The notes: generated by a model not told the origin, from the letters alone. Shown: positions 18,934 through 28,230, numbered from the stretch's first letter. The stretch: DNA of 64,000 nucleotides from Bacteroidales bacterium (GCA_023229985.1 JALNYF010000001.1:410-64409); one strand, 5' to 3'. Numbers and translations: made by a program.

Positions 18934-21543
18934 TCATATAACGAAAATACTTCCGCTATACATGTGTTTTTTTAATTCGTAAACGGGCTTGATAATAATC
19001 TTATAGGTAAATACATTATTATTGGCAATTTTACCATTTACCGTTCCATCCCAGCTAAAGTGCGGGTCTGTAGAATGATAGACAATTTCTCCCCAGCGGT
19101 TGTAAATAAAAATCTCAAATTCATCAATAATTTTGGTAGTCGTCATGCAGAAAACATCATTCATCCCGTCCATAAAAGTCGGGGTAATGCAGTTCGGTAA
19201 ATAGATGTCAAGAGGGCAAGTCGGGATTTCGATGATGGCGGTGGCATCGCATTTTCCGTCGTAAGCGCGAACCGAATAGCGTCCGAAGTGATGAATTTCA
19301 ATGGTTTCCGTTGTTTCGCCGGTGTTCCATAAAATGTTAGGGGCATTGGTTACGGCGGTTAGCAATCCGCTGCCGGTTTCGCAGAGTTCTTCCGTTTGGT
19401 TCATAATTTCAACATCAATATTGCTTTGAAGGGTAATAGTGACTTCGGCATCGCCTTGGCAGCCGGAATTATTATATACCAAAACGGAGTAAGTGCCGGG
19501 GCTGTTGACTTGAATAGAGGAAGTTGTTTCGCCCGTGTTCCATTGGTAGCCGGCGTAGTTTCCGCCGGGACTCAAAATGACGGGAAATTCCGAATCGGAG
19601 CAAAGCGTCAGGTCATTCCCTAAGGAAACTGTCGGTATTGCTGCATAGCTGATCGTCAATTCCACAATGCTGTCGCAGCCGGCAGATGTGGCAATAGTGT
19701 CGCGATAAACGCCGGGTGTTGAAAGTGTTATACCATTAAAAAGATAACTCTCGCCGGGGCAAAGCACTACTTGAATGGGAATAGGGTTACTTGGAATAAC
19801 CGATAACGTTAATTCCAGAACGCTATCACATTCCGAGTCAGTACTCAAAGTGTCCAAATATACACCGGGGGCGGTTAAAATTGTGCCGTTGAAATCATAA
19901 CTTCCTCCCGGACAAATAGTTGCAGAAATCGGAATCGGGTCAGGCGGCGGAATATTAACGATTGTATATAACGTGTCTTGCATCGCATTCATGCAGTTGT
20001 TGACCACTCGGTCAATGACCACCATGACATTATAACTACCGGGTTGTAAGTAGTTATGGGTAACAACATCGCCGATTGCGGTGGAATCATCACCAAAATA
20101 CCAAGTAATAAAATTATAATTATAGCCGACATCAATGCTAAAATCGATAGGCATATTAAAGCAATACTGTTGATTATCTGGAATATTGGCGGTATTTACA
20201 TCGTTCACGAAGACCTGATTGGTGAAATTAATGGCGTTAGAACCTACGGAATAAGCGTAAGAGGTAACATTGAGCAATCCATAGACATGGGCAATAAACC
20301 CGCTGTCACTTTCTAAGGTATGGGTGGCATGCGCAATCGGCAGACGAGCGAACGAAAAAGTATTGTTGCCGTTCAACGGCATAAATTGTGGTCCAATATT
20401 GGTGCCGTCTAACCTGAGCGAATTCACATTAGATGTAGGCGTTACGATATTTACGTAGTGATTGATTACATCACTGTATTCGTAAGTACCGAAAGTTATT
20501 CTTTTGATACGTTGTTCAATGGGGTTAATAATCACCATAGCGGGGTCGCCGTTGGTGCCGGCGCAACTTTGCCCTACCAGATACAAATAGGTAATGGCGG
20601 GACCGGAGGTTTCAATGAAGCAAGAACCCTCGGTCGATAATAGTTCAAATTCGTATGTACCGCCCGCGTTGAGGGTACTCACCACACTACCGTTCTTTGA
20701 TACGGTCGTATTGTTATTATAGGCAGTAACCCTGACTCTGTCACGTGAGCGGTCTCGGGAAGTGGTCACTGCAAATTTTGTTCCCCAATAGGCGGTGGGG
20801 AGCATCGGTTCATAAATATGGTCGCAATAAGTACATGATATCGGGACATTGGTGCATTTGTGACCGGCAAAAACGACAATTTTTTTGCAGTCACGGGCGA
20901 TGACCCTAGAACCGGAAAAATCGCCGTTCGCAGATGTTGTTACAAGTTGATAGCAATTTCCCTGATTGAGGGTGACGCTGAACGTACTGCCGGCGGGATT
21001 ACCTCCGGTAGTGGCTGCCGTTGGAGTAATATCAACGGTAGTGTTGTTTTCCGTCGCCACTATCAAAATCGAGCTGCCGTTTAAATTGGGATTATAAGTC
21101 TGAATCAGATATTCGTCAAGAAGTGCGTGCGTTGGCAAAAGATTGGCACCGTCAAAGGATCCGTAGCGGTAGTTCATGGAATAGGCCGAAATGGTGTCGG
21201 TAGCCACGATATGCAAGCCCATATAGGAAATTCCAGATTCTGTCGTAACATATCCTTGAGCTTGTGGAATCACTACATCTACTCGTCCGTTATTGGTAAG
21301 TGTAAAATTGGTACTCCAGCCGGTTGAGGGGTTTGAAATGGTTCCCGTGCAAGCCCGTTCAGCGGAAAGAATTACGCATATTTCTTCAGGTGTACTGGCA
21401 GCCTGCATGAAAGCGAACCAAAAATCACGCCCTTGTGTTGAGGGAACTTGCGCCCGGATTGGGGAATAAATAAAAAATGTTACAATACAAAGTATTGATA
21501 ATAAGTAATTTTTGTTTGAAAATTTATACAAGTAAGCCTTCAT
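18934..21543 (-). CDS. T9SS type-B-sorted adhesin-like protein (IgGFc-binding-N-like domain, PKD, type B CTD), paralogue 1
   Basis: Same architecture as 16485-18920: 'GRDFWFAFMQA', 'WYFGDDSTAIGD..HNYLQPGSYNVMVVI', and CTD 'IYLPNCITPTFMDGMNDVF...FIYNRWGEIVYHS..SWDGTVNG'. It carries one extra Cys-bracketed repeat. Confidence 0.85.
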   Translation of the reverse strand: MKAYLYKFSNKNYLLSILCIVTFFIYSPIRAQVPSTQGRDFWFAFMQAASTPEEICVILSAERACTGTISNPSTGWSTNFTLTNNGRVDVVIPQAQGYVTTESGISYMGLHIVATDTISAYSMNYRYGSFDGANLLPTHALLDEYLIQTYNPNLNGSSILIVATENNTTVDITPTAATTGGNPAGSTFSVTLNQGNCYQLVTTSANGDFSGSRVIARDCKKIVVFAGHKCTNVPISCTYCDHIYEPMLPTAYWGTKFAVTTSRDRSRDRVRVTAYNNNTTVSKNGSVVSTLNAGGTYEFELLSTEGSCFIETSGPAITYLYLVGQSCAGTNGDPAMVIINPIEQRIKRITFGTYEYSDVINHYVNIVTPTSNVNSLRLDGTNIGPQFMPLNGNNTFSFARLPIAHATHTLESDSGFIAHVYGLLNVTSYAYSVGSNAINFTNQVFVNDVNTANIPDNQQYCFNMPIDFSIDVGYNYNFITWYFGDDSTAIGDVVTHNYLQPGSYNVMVVIDRVVNNCMNAMQDTLYTIVNIPPPDPIPISATICPGGSYDFNGTILTAPGVYLDTLSTDSECDSVLELTLSVIPSNPIPIQVVLCPGESYLFNGITLSTPGVYRDTIATSAGCDSIVELTISYAAIPTVSLGNDLTLCSDSEFPVILSPGGNYAGYQWNTGETTSSIQVNSPGTYSVLVYNNSGCQGDAEVTITLQSNIDVEIMNQTEELCETGSGLLTAVTNAPNILWNTGETTETIEIHHFGRYSVRAYDGKCDATAIIEIPTCPLDIYLPNCITPTFMDGMNDVFCMTTTKIIDEFEIFIYNRWGEIVYHSTDPHFSWDGTVNGKIANNNVFTYKIIIKPVYELKKHMYSGSIFVI

Positions 21544-21576
21544 TTAGCAAATTAATTCTTTAACATTAATATGACG

Positions 21577-21584
21577 CAAAGATA
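21577..21584 (-). promoter_or_regulatory. Bacteroidetes-type -7 box (TATCTTTG on the minus strand)
   Basis: caaagata on the + strand, 34 nt upstream of the ATG at 21543. Confidence 0.5.
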
Positions 21585-21620
21585 AAAAAAATGTTGCCTC
21601 ACTTCCACTTTTTTTAAAAA

Positions 21621-21660
21621 ATAAAAAAAAAAACGGAAAGATGTGAATCTTTCCGTTTTT
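21621..21660. terminator. Bidirectional rho-independent terminator
   Basis: Stem cggaaaga (21634-21641) pairs with tctttccg (21648-21655) around a 6-nt loop. It is flanked by an A-run (21623-21633) and a T-run (21656-21660). It lies about 20 nt past the stop of the minus-strand gene 21678-22040. Confidence 0.75.
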
Positions 21661-21677
21661 GACAATGAAAAAAAAGA

Positions 21678-22040
21678 TTATCTACCACCTTTTTTTACAT
21701 TAGTTCCTTCTTTTTTTACTTCTGTTTGAGTGGCATTAACAGTTTTGTCAACTGCTTTTTCAACAGTTTTTTGTACAGTTGTGTTTTCTTTTTGAGTCGT
21801 TGTTGCTGGTTTGGTAGCTTTGTCTGTCGGTGTAGCTGCGGTTTCGTTAGCTGCTAATTCAGCTGCAATAGCATCAGCAATAGCTGCAGAATCAGCTTGA
21901 GCTTTAGCGATAGAATCTAATCTTGCTTGTTCTGCTACTTGATTCAAAGAATCTTGATTAACGGTAACTTCTTTTTCAGTTTTGGTTCCGCAAGCAACGA
22001 ATAAACCGGCTGCTAATAATACAAAAAATAATTTTTTCAT
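21678..22040 (-). CDS. Small Ala/Thr/Lys-rich lipoprotein
   Basis: Lipobox 'LFVACG', followed by low-complexity 'AQADSAAIADAIAAELAANETAATP'. Confidence 0.65.
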   Translation of the reverse strand: MKKLFFVLLAAGLFVACGTKTEKEVTVNQDSLNQVAEQARLDSIAKAQADSAAIADAIAAELAANETAATPTDKATKPATTTQKENTTVQKTVEKAVDKTVNATQTEVKKEGTNVKKGGR

Positions 22041-22084
22041 TTTTTTCTAATTTTAAATTGGTTGATATATTTAAGGTCTAATGA

Positions 22085-22633
22085 TTATTTTGCAGGAACG
22101 TATGTTAAAGTGAAGGTGTAAGTTCCGGGAGCTTTTGTAGTTTCTTCGACTTCAGTAAAAGTATAGTTTACTTTTAAAACATCTTCCGTTAATTCAACGA
22201 CTTTTACACTTTCAACAGCGGCATCATAGAAGAAAGGGATTTGCATATCCATGGTCATTGCATCTTCATTCAAACTGTAACTTCCTATTGAAGATTCGTC
22301 TGCGGCTTGGTTATCGCAAACATCGTCACCCGGGTTCATATATTCGAAACCATCTTCTTTGAATGTGATAATGTCGTCTTTTTCGCAATCGAAAACATAT
22401 CCGTCAAATAAGTTGCCAATTTGGCCACCTCCATTCAAGTTGTATGCAGGTGATGACGTTGCTGTACTTAAAGTCCAACCTTTTTTGATTTGTAACATTT
22501 CAGTCATTGTTTTTTCTTTTGTACAAGAAGAGAAAGCAGTTTGTATGCTTGCTTTCTCTTCTTTTGTACAAGAAGAGAAAGCAAGCATACAAACTGCTGC
22601 TACTACGATAATACTTAAAGTGCTCTTTTTCAT
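22085..22633 (-). CDS. Lipoprotein (lipocalin-like?) with a duplicated lipobox segment
   Basis: The likely start is 'MKKSTLSIIVVAAVCMLAFSSC' (ATG at 22633). The lipobox 'AFSSCTKE' occurs twice, 15 codons apart. Confidence 0.65.
   Translation of the reverse strand: MKKSTLSIIVVAAVCMLAFSSCTKEEKASIQTAFSSCTKEKTMTEMLQIKKGWTLSTATSSPAYNLNGGGQIGNLFDGYVFDCEKDDIITFKEDGFEYMNPGDDVCDNQAADESSIGSYSLNEDAMTMDMQIPFFYDAAVESVKVVELTEDVLKVNYTFTEVEETTKAPGTYTFTLTYVPAK
22536..22597. repeat. Perfect 28-bp inverted repeat with a 6-nt spacer inside the lipoprotein coding sequence
   Basis: 22536-22563 (gcagtttgtatgcttgctttctcttctt) is the exact reverse complement of 22570-22597. A 25-nt direct repeat is also present at 22514-22538 and 22559-22583. 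Confidence 0.9.
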
Positions 22634-22768
22634 AACTTTATAAATTTTAATTGATAATAGATTTGTTAGAGCAATATTACTATTATTTTTAATATGATTA
22701 CTCATTTTTCATTTTTTTTAACTTTTTTTATATTTTATTGATATTCAAAATGTTGTATATCATACTTG

Positions 22769-23920
22769 TTATTTTTTGTTAGTGAGAGAGATATAGGTAT
22801 AAATCGGATAATGGTCAGAGGTCGGAATGGAAGTTTCAACATGATGGCCGAAAGCGTTATATTGTTTGGAGTGAAGGATATTATCGATTCGGTAGTGTGG
22901 CATATTGTTTCCGTGGTAGGTGTGCCCGAGACCTTCGCCACTTTCGCGGAATGAATCGCGCAGGTTATCGGCAATTTTATTGTAGCAATAGGAGGCGGGT
23001 GGGTCATTAAAATCACCGCAAACAATGACCGGATAGGGTGAGTTCTGTATGTGTTCAGCTATTATCTTGGCTTGATTCTCCCTTCTTTTGGCAGATTCGG
23101 TTAATTTCCGATACAATTTTTTCGCATTCTTTTCAAATGCAGGGTCTGACATGTTGTTTTGGGTGATCTGCTGGCTCACTGAGTAGTCGTTTTTATTAAG
23201 ATGCAATGAGGTGAGATGAATATCATACACGCGAATGGTGTCGCCACGATACTTAATGTCCACATAGACCGCCGAATTGGAGGAACTATCTGTGATGATG
23301 GGTTCCGCATTTACGATTTTGTATTTGCTGAAAACTGCCAATCCAAAGAATTGTTGTTGTTTGATATTATCAGGAAAGTATTGGTAATAAGTTGTTTCGT
23401 TATTATCCAATCCCAATATGGACAAAATGGAATCAGTGGTGTGAAAATTTAGCGTTTCGCTCTTATCCCAAAAAAATTCTTGAAAGCAAACGATGTCGGG
23501 GTTTCTTTCGCGTAAAAATGAAAATATCATTTTTTTCCCTTTGTTGTCGGCATCATTGTTCTCATTATAATAGCCGAACAGTTGTACATTGTAACTCATT
23601 ACTTGAATCGTGTTGGGGCAATTTTCCGGCAGAGCTTTCTCTTTCAATTGGAAATGTTTATCAATGGTACTGACATTTAATAGTATGAGTAAAAGAGAAA
23701 TAAGGCAGTATTTGTAAGAAATAATCAGCCACGCAATCACAAAGGCGAGGTTAATATAAAGGATGAACGGGAAAACAATCCCGCAGCTGACAATGATTCC
23801 GGAAAAAGAAGGTGGAACATATTGTGCCAAGAAGGTTAAAAGTAGCCCTGTAGCTGCTATTATGTTCAGTGGCAGCAATATCCAAAAGAAAAACCGTTTA
23901 ATTCCTATTTTCTTATCCAT
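22769..23920 (-). CDS. Membrane-anchored endonuclease/exonuclease/phosphatase (EEP) family protein
   Basis: N-terminal TM segments, then the EEP motifs 'VMSYNVQ', 'VCFQEF', 'CGDFND' and 'SDHYPI'. Confidence 0.8.
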   Translation of the reverse strand: MDKKIGIKRFFFWILLPLNIIAATGLLLTFLAQYVPPSFSGIIVSCGIVFPFILYINLAFVIAWLIISYKYCLISLLLILLNVSTIDKHFQLKEKALPENCPNTIQVMSYNVQLFGYYNENNDADNKGKKMIFSFLRERNPDIVCFQEFFWDKSETLNFHTTDSILSILGLDNNETTYYQYFPDNIKQQQFFGLAVFSKYKIVNAEPIITDSSSNSAVYVDIKYRGDTIRVYDIHLTSLHLNKNDYSVSQQITQNNMSDPAFEKNAKKLYRKLTESAKRRENQAKIIAEHIQNSPYPVIVCGDFNDPPASYCYNKIADNLRDSFRESGEGLGHTYHGNNMPHYRIDNILHSKQYNAFGHHVETSIPTSDHYPIYTYISLTNKK

Positions 23921-23922
23921 TT

Positions 23923-24840
23923 TTATTTTTTGCGATAAAAGAACAGAAAATCTTTTTCTTCTTTCGACAACGAAGCGTAGCCGTCGCGGGCGACTTTATC
24001 CAAGATGATGTCCAATTTTTCTTCTTGTTGTCGTTTTTGGGCGTTATAGTCGGCGTCTGACATCGGTCTTGCTTGGTTTGGACGGGAAGAGTAGAATTTG
24101 GTTTTTACCTTTTTAGGTTTTGACTTTTGCGCCTGGAGAAGGAGCAGACAGAGTGCCATCAATGAGCCGTAGATTGCGCCGCCAAGGTGTGCAATATGCC
24201 CGCCGGCATTATTCGAAGTAATACTTACTAAATCAATGACAATGAATATTAAAGCAATCCATTTCAGTTTTATGCTGCCGATTAGAATGAGGTTGATGGA
24301 GTGGTTGGGGCGGTAAATGGCAATGGCAAAAAGAACCGCCATAATGGCACCGGACGCCCCCATAACAATGGCTTGCGGCATGATACTCACAAAAACAGGA
24401 AAAATATTGTAGGCAAACATATATAGCAAATTTCCACAAACTCCGCCAACAAAATAGGTAATCCATAATTGCTTGTTAGTTAAGTACTGCAAAAATATCT
24501 TCCCCGCCACATAAAGCATCAGCATATTAAAAAAGATGTGTCCGAGAGAGGCATGGGAAAAAATGCTCGTAATGATGGTCCACGGATGGTACAAAAAACT
24601 CGTTACATCTGCCGGAAAAGAGATGAAAAGAATCAGTATTTCGGCAAAATTAGTATCGTTCAGAAATAAATAACCGACCAAATAGAAGATAAATCGGAGA
24701 ACTACAAAGAGTAGATAGATGGAGATATTGATCAGTATCAGACGATTTAGAGCCGAATTATCGCGCAAAAAATCGATAAAACGTTCTTTGAGTGAGCGTC
24801 GTGGACGAAATAAGCTGGAAAAACCGTTTCTTGAAAACAT
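23923..24840 (-). CDS. Rhomboid family intramembrane serine protease
   Basis: 'HASLGHIFFNM', catalytic 'GASGAIMAV' and 'AHLGGAIYG'. Confidence 0.85.
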   Translation of the reverse strand: MFSRNGFSSLFRPRRSLKERFIDFLRDNSALNRLILINISIYLLFVVLRFIFYLVGYLFLNDTNFAEILILFISFPADVTSFLYHPWTIITSIFSHASLGHIFFNMLMLYVAGKIFLQYLTNKQLWITYFVGGVCGNLLYMFAYNIFPVFVSIMPQAIVMGASGAIMAVLFAIAIYRPNHSINLILIGSIKLKWIALIFIVIDLVSITSNNAGGHIAHLGGAIYGSLMALCLLLLQAQKSKPKKVKTKFYSSRPNQARPMSDADYNAQKRQQEEKLDIILDKVARDGYASLSKEEKDFLFFYRKK

Positions 24841-24849
24841 TGTACAATA

Positions 24850-25731
24850 TTAATAATAGTATTCTTGATTTCGATTCTGCCGGTTTCGTTCTTGTTTTCG
24901 CCAAATCAGAATCAGAATGAAGCCAAAGAGCATGCCTCCCAAGTGCGCAAAGTGTCCCACGCCGTCTTGTGTACCGGTAACACCGTAAAACAATTCCAAC
25001 GCGCCGTATGCAATCACGAACCATTTTGCTTTGATGGGAATCAGGAAGTATAAGTAAATCCGTGAGTTAGGAAACGACATACCGAAAGCCAACAACAACC
25101 CAAATACAGATCCGGAAGCTCCGATAATATTCGGTAAATTCAAAAAGTAACTCCTATATTCTGATAAAAAAACCGTTGCGTCATTGAGCAATAATGTCTC
25201 ATTTTCGTTAGGAAATTGTTGGTAATGATCAAGTGAACTTTTAAATGTTATGAAATCGGAATATATTCTACCGGAATATTCGCTGATTTGAAAAGTGTGA
25301 TTCTTAATCACCGAACTTAGATTTTCCATCGTCGGAGCGTCCAAGAAAGTATTAATCACAGATAATTCGGGGAGCATTTGGAAACTGAGAATGAGATAAT
25401 GAGCGAGACCCGCGCCGATGCCCGTGATGAAATAAAAAATTAGAAATTTCTTGGTTCCCCACATATTCTCTATCGGTGCACCGAACATCCACAACGCAAA
25501 CATATTGAAAAACAGATGCCCGAAATCGTTGTGCATGAACATATAGGTCAGCGGCTGCCAAACATGAAAATCGGTCGCCCCAAAATAGTGCAATCCAAGG
25601 AGTGCGTCCAAATCAATATTGATTTTCCACAGTACTATTTTTAGTAAAAAAAACAAGGCATTGAGAATGAGCAAATTTTTGACCACAGGGGGTAAAATCC
25701 TGAAACTTCCTATCCGAATATTATCACTCAT
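24850..25731 (-). CDS. Rhomboid family intramembrane serine protease
   Basis: 'HNDFGHLFFNM', catalytic 'GASGSVFGL' and 'AHLGGMLFG'. Confidence 0.85.
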   Translation of the reverse strand: MSDNIRIGSFRILPPVVKNLLILNALFFLLKIVLWKINIDLDALLGLHYFGATDFHVWQPLTYMFMHNDFGHLFFNMFALWMFGAPIENMWGTKKFLIFYFITGIGAGLAHYLILSFQMLPELSVINTFLDAPTMENLSSVIKNHTFQISEYSGRIYSDFITFKSSLDHYQQFPNENETLLLNDATVFLSEYRSYFLNLPNIIGASGSVFGLLLAFGMSFPNSRIYLYFLIPIKAKWFVIAYGALELFYGVTGTQDGVGHFAHLGGMLFGFILILIWRKQERNRQNRNQEYYY

Positions 25732-25772
25732 GAAACCTTCTATTTATGATTCTTACTTAGTTTTTGGGGCTG

Positions 25773-25780
25773 CAAAAATA
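25773..25780 (-). promoter_or_regulatory. Bacteroidetes-type -7 box (TATTTTTG on the minus strand)
   Basis: caaaaata on the + strand, 42 nt upstream of the ATG at 25731. Confidence 0.45.
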
Positions 25781-25802
25781 ACGATTTTTCTTGACATTTT
25801 GT

Positions 25803-27116
25803 TTATTGGGGGAGTTGCTTTCGCTCATATTCAACTGTCTGATACAGAATAACATCAAAGGGTTTTTGTTTCTGCTGCGATTCTTTTAATAATGTTGAAT
25901 ACCAATTTTTGTCGCTTAAAATCATGTTTAAAGTCGTTATTTCGGTCTCTTCCTTGTACGTGTTGTCTAACGCCTGAAGTGCTTCTTCAATGAAATTCCA
26001 CCCGAAATTGTAAAGGTTCGCATCCGTTATCATCAATAAAATCAAATCTTGATTTTGAATCAATTCTTTGAGAGAAGATTTGTCGGCATACTGAATGTTG
26101 GGGTCGAAAATATGCGGATACACGGCTTTGTTATAATACCAGAAAATATTGTCTTTAAATAAGTTATAAGAAATTCCGCTATTGTATATGCTCCAATAGT
26201 AGCTATCGCCAACGGTCAAAGTGCGGGGTTGGGTGTGTCGGGAAGTATCATTTTGAAAAGAATAAATCGGAAAATACATTTTTTCATGGGGCAGTTCACA
26301 AAGTAAATTCATGGGCGGTTCCATGTCAAAATCCAAATCTTTGTTCATCGTGGAACTGCTGTCGCCTACTTGTGTAAAATCGGGCAAATCTATATCGCAT
26401 TTATTTTCAATAAATTGTGCGAGTTGCTCCGTGGCAACCCACAGCCCATAGCTGCTCCAATGCACTCCATATTTCGAATACAATAGATGAGGAGAATTCT
26501 GCTTTTTTTTCAAAAAATAGTCGTTTAAGTCCAAATAATCTACCTTTTCTTGGTTGCAAAAACGGACAAATTGCTCATAATTACTCACATCCTTGATTTC
26601 GGGGTGGTATCGGTCGGGAATTTCAGCCGGACTGAAGTGCGCTTTCCCCGGTTCAAAGACCAATAACATCGTTACGCCATATTTGTCTTTCAAAAGACGT
26701 TGCAGCCGTTTTAAAAGGATTACTTTTTTCTGAATGTAACGGTCCCCAATATAATTACGTCCCAAATACTCGGTAATGTACATTTCTTCATAAAAATTAT
26801 CGTGCTTCCCTAAAACCAATTTTTCAGCATTTGTGTATCTAAACAATCTGAAATTCAATTCGTTATTAAATCGAATCCAATGATTGGAGAACCCGATATT
26901 TTGCTTAATGATTCTTTCAATTTCAGTTTGGAATCCACCTTCCCAATAGTGATTCCACGAAATACTGTCTTTGATGATATTTTTGTTTTCAGCACTGACA
27001 CCGTACAATTCACGTCCCCTCATGGAGGGAATAAAACTTACAATCATTGGCAAAAACATCAAAAGAATGATAAAAACGAAGAATATTTGTGACAGACTAA
27101 TTCTCTTTTGAGCCAT
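25803..27116 (-). CDS. Membrane-anchored hypothetical protein, possibly an AlgJ/AlgX-like SGNH-type O-acyltransferase partner
   Basis: A single N-terminal TM segment. 'KYGVHWSSYG' resembles the D/G-x-H-W motif of AlgJ/AlgX-type proteins. The functional assignment is weak. Confidence 0.35.
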   Translation of the reverse strand: MAQKRISLSQIFFVFIILLMFLPMIVSFIPSMRGRELYGVSAENKNIIKDSISWNHYWEGGFQTEIERIIKQNIGFSNHWIRFNNELNFRLFRYTNAEKLVLGKHDNFYEEMYITEYLGRNYIGDRYIQKKVILLKRLQRLLKDKYGVTMLLVFEPGKAHFSPAEIPDRYHPEIKDVSNYEQFVRFCNQEKVDYLDLNDYFLKKKQNSPHLLYSKYGVHWSSYGLWVATEQLAQFIENKCDIDLPDFTQVGDSSSTMNKDLDFDMEPPMNLLCELPHEKMYFPIYSFQNDTSRHTQPRTLTVGDSYYWSIYNSGISYNLFKDNIFWYYNKAVYPHIFDPNIQYADKSSLKELIQNQDLILLMITDANLYNFGWNFIEEALQALDNTYKEETEITTLNMILSDKNWYSTLLKESQQKQKPFDVILYQTVEYERKQLPQ

Positions 27117-27227
27117 TTTGAGATTGATTTTTTAAAACATAAAAGTTTCATAATGAACGAGATTAATATTAAAATATTATTCTAAAAATTTTTTTTTTCA
27201 AATCGATATTAGTAATAAAAAAAAGTG

Positions 27228-27235
27228 TATTTTTG
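27228..27235 (+). promoter_or_regulatory. Bacteroidetes-type -7 box for tRNA-Phe
   Basis: TATTTTTG lies 22 nt upstream of the mature tRNA 5' end. Confidence 0.55.
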
Positions 27236-27256
27236 CAGCCTCAAACACAATCGAGC

Positions 27257-27329
<73 letters not shown>

Positions 27330-27334
27330 CTCCG

Positions 27335-27365
27335 AAAAGCTGCTTTTTTAGGCAGCTTTTTTTTG
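27335..27365 (+). terminator. Rho-independent terminator after tRNA-Phe
   Basis: Stem aaaagctgc pairs with gcagctttt around the loop ttttttag, followed by a T-run. Confidence 0.75.
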
Positions 27366-27469
27366 TTTTCTGTCATGATAGTTCCGCAATTTTGCGATTG
27401 TAGGCGCTGATAAGAGATGCAAAGTAACTTTTTTACAAAAATCGGGGTCGTAAATGAAAAACTTCATGT

Positions 27470-27477
27470 ATTTTTGC
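27470..27477 (+). promoter_or_regulatory. Bacteroidetes-type -7 box
   Basis: TATTTTTG lies about 75 nt upstream of the Sir2 ATG at 27553. Confidence 0.45.
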
Positions 27478-27552
27478 CGTTGGGTTGAAGAGATGGAGTT
27501 CATTATCCTGTAGTTGAAGTGTAAATTTTAATAATCGCATAATAAGTTGAAT

Positions 27553-28230
27553 ATGAAAAAGTTGGTTGTTTTGTCGGGCGCCGGTGTGAGTGCAGAAAGC
27601 GGAATTAAAACTTTTCGGGATAGCGACGGATTATGGGAAAATTACAACGTTGAAGAAGTCGCTTCGATTGATGGCTGGTACCGAAATCCGGAATTAATGG
27701 TGCAGTTTTACAACGAACGGCGCAGACAGTTGGCAACAACAGAACCGAATGAAGCTCATCAAATAATAGGCGAATTAGAACAATATTATGAAGTCGTTGT
27801 AGTGACGCAAAATGTTGATAATCTGCACGAAAGAGCCGGCTCATCACACGTTATTCATCTCCATGGCGAGCTGACGAAAGTGTGTAGTGAAAATGGGAAA
27901 AAATGTGTCGAAGAGATCGGCTATCGCGATTTGCGCTATGGCGAAAAGGCCGCTGACGGTCACTTTTTGCGACCTTTTATCGTTTGGTTTGGGGAAGATG
28001 TTCCCCTGCTTTCGCGCGCTGCCAAGGAGATTGAATCCGCCGACATTCTAATCATCATTGGTACTTCACTGAATGTCTATCCCGCTGCTTCGCTCATTTA
28101 CAGTGCTCCCGTACATTGCTCCATTTATTTGGTGGATCCGAATGAAGTACAACCCGTTGCACGTCAGGTAGAGTTTATCAAAGAACCCGCTACTGTAGGA
28201 ATGAGAATACTAAAAGATAAGTTAACTTAA
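27553..28230 (+). CDS. cobB: NAD-dependent protein deacylase (Sir2/CobB family)
   Basis: 'GAGVSAESGIKTFR', 'TQNVDNLHERAG', 'HLHGEL', 'GTSLNVYPAA'. I prefer the ATG at 27553 over the listed TTG at 27547. Confidence 0.85.
   Translation: MKKLVVLSGAGVSAESGIKTFRDSDGLWENYNVEEVASIDGWYRNPELMVQFYNERRRQLATTEPNEAHQIIGELEQYYEVVVVTQNVDNLHERAGSSHVIHLHGELTKVCSENGKKCVEEIGYRDLRYGEKAADGHFLRPFIVWFGEDVPLLSRAAKEIESADILIIIGTSLNVYPAASLIYSAPVHCSIYLVDPNEVQPVARQVEFIKEPATVGMRILKDKLT

Noticed and set aside
22359-22643. A 94-aa plus-strand ORF antisense to the lipoprotein gene.
   Set aside because: It is a mirror artefact of the 28-bp inverted repeat; it reproduces 'CMLAFSSFVQEEKASIQTA' from the palindrome. The minus-strand ORF has the real signal peptide and lipobox.
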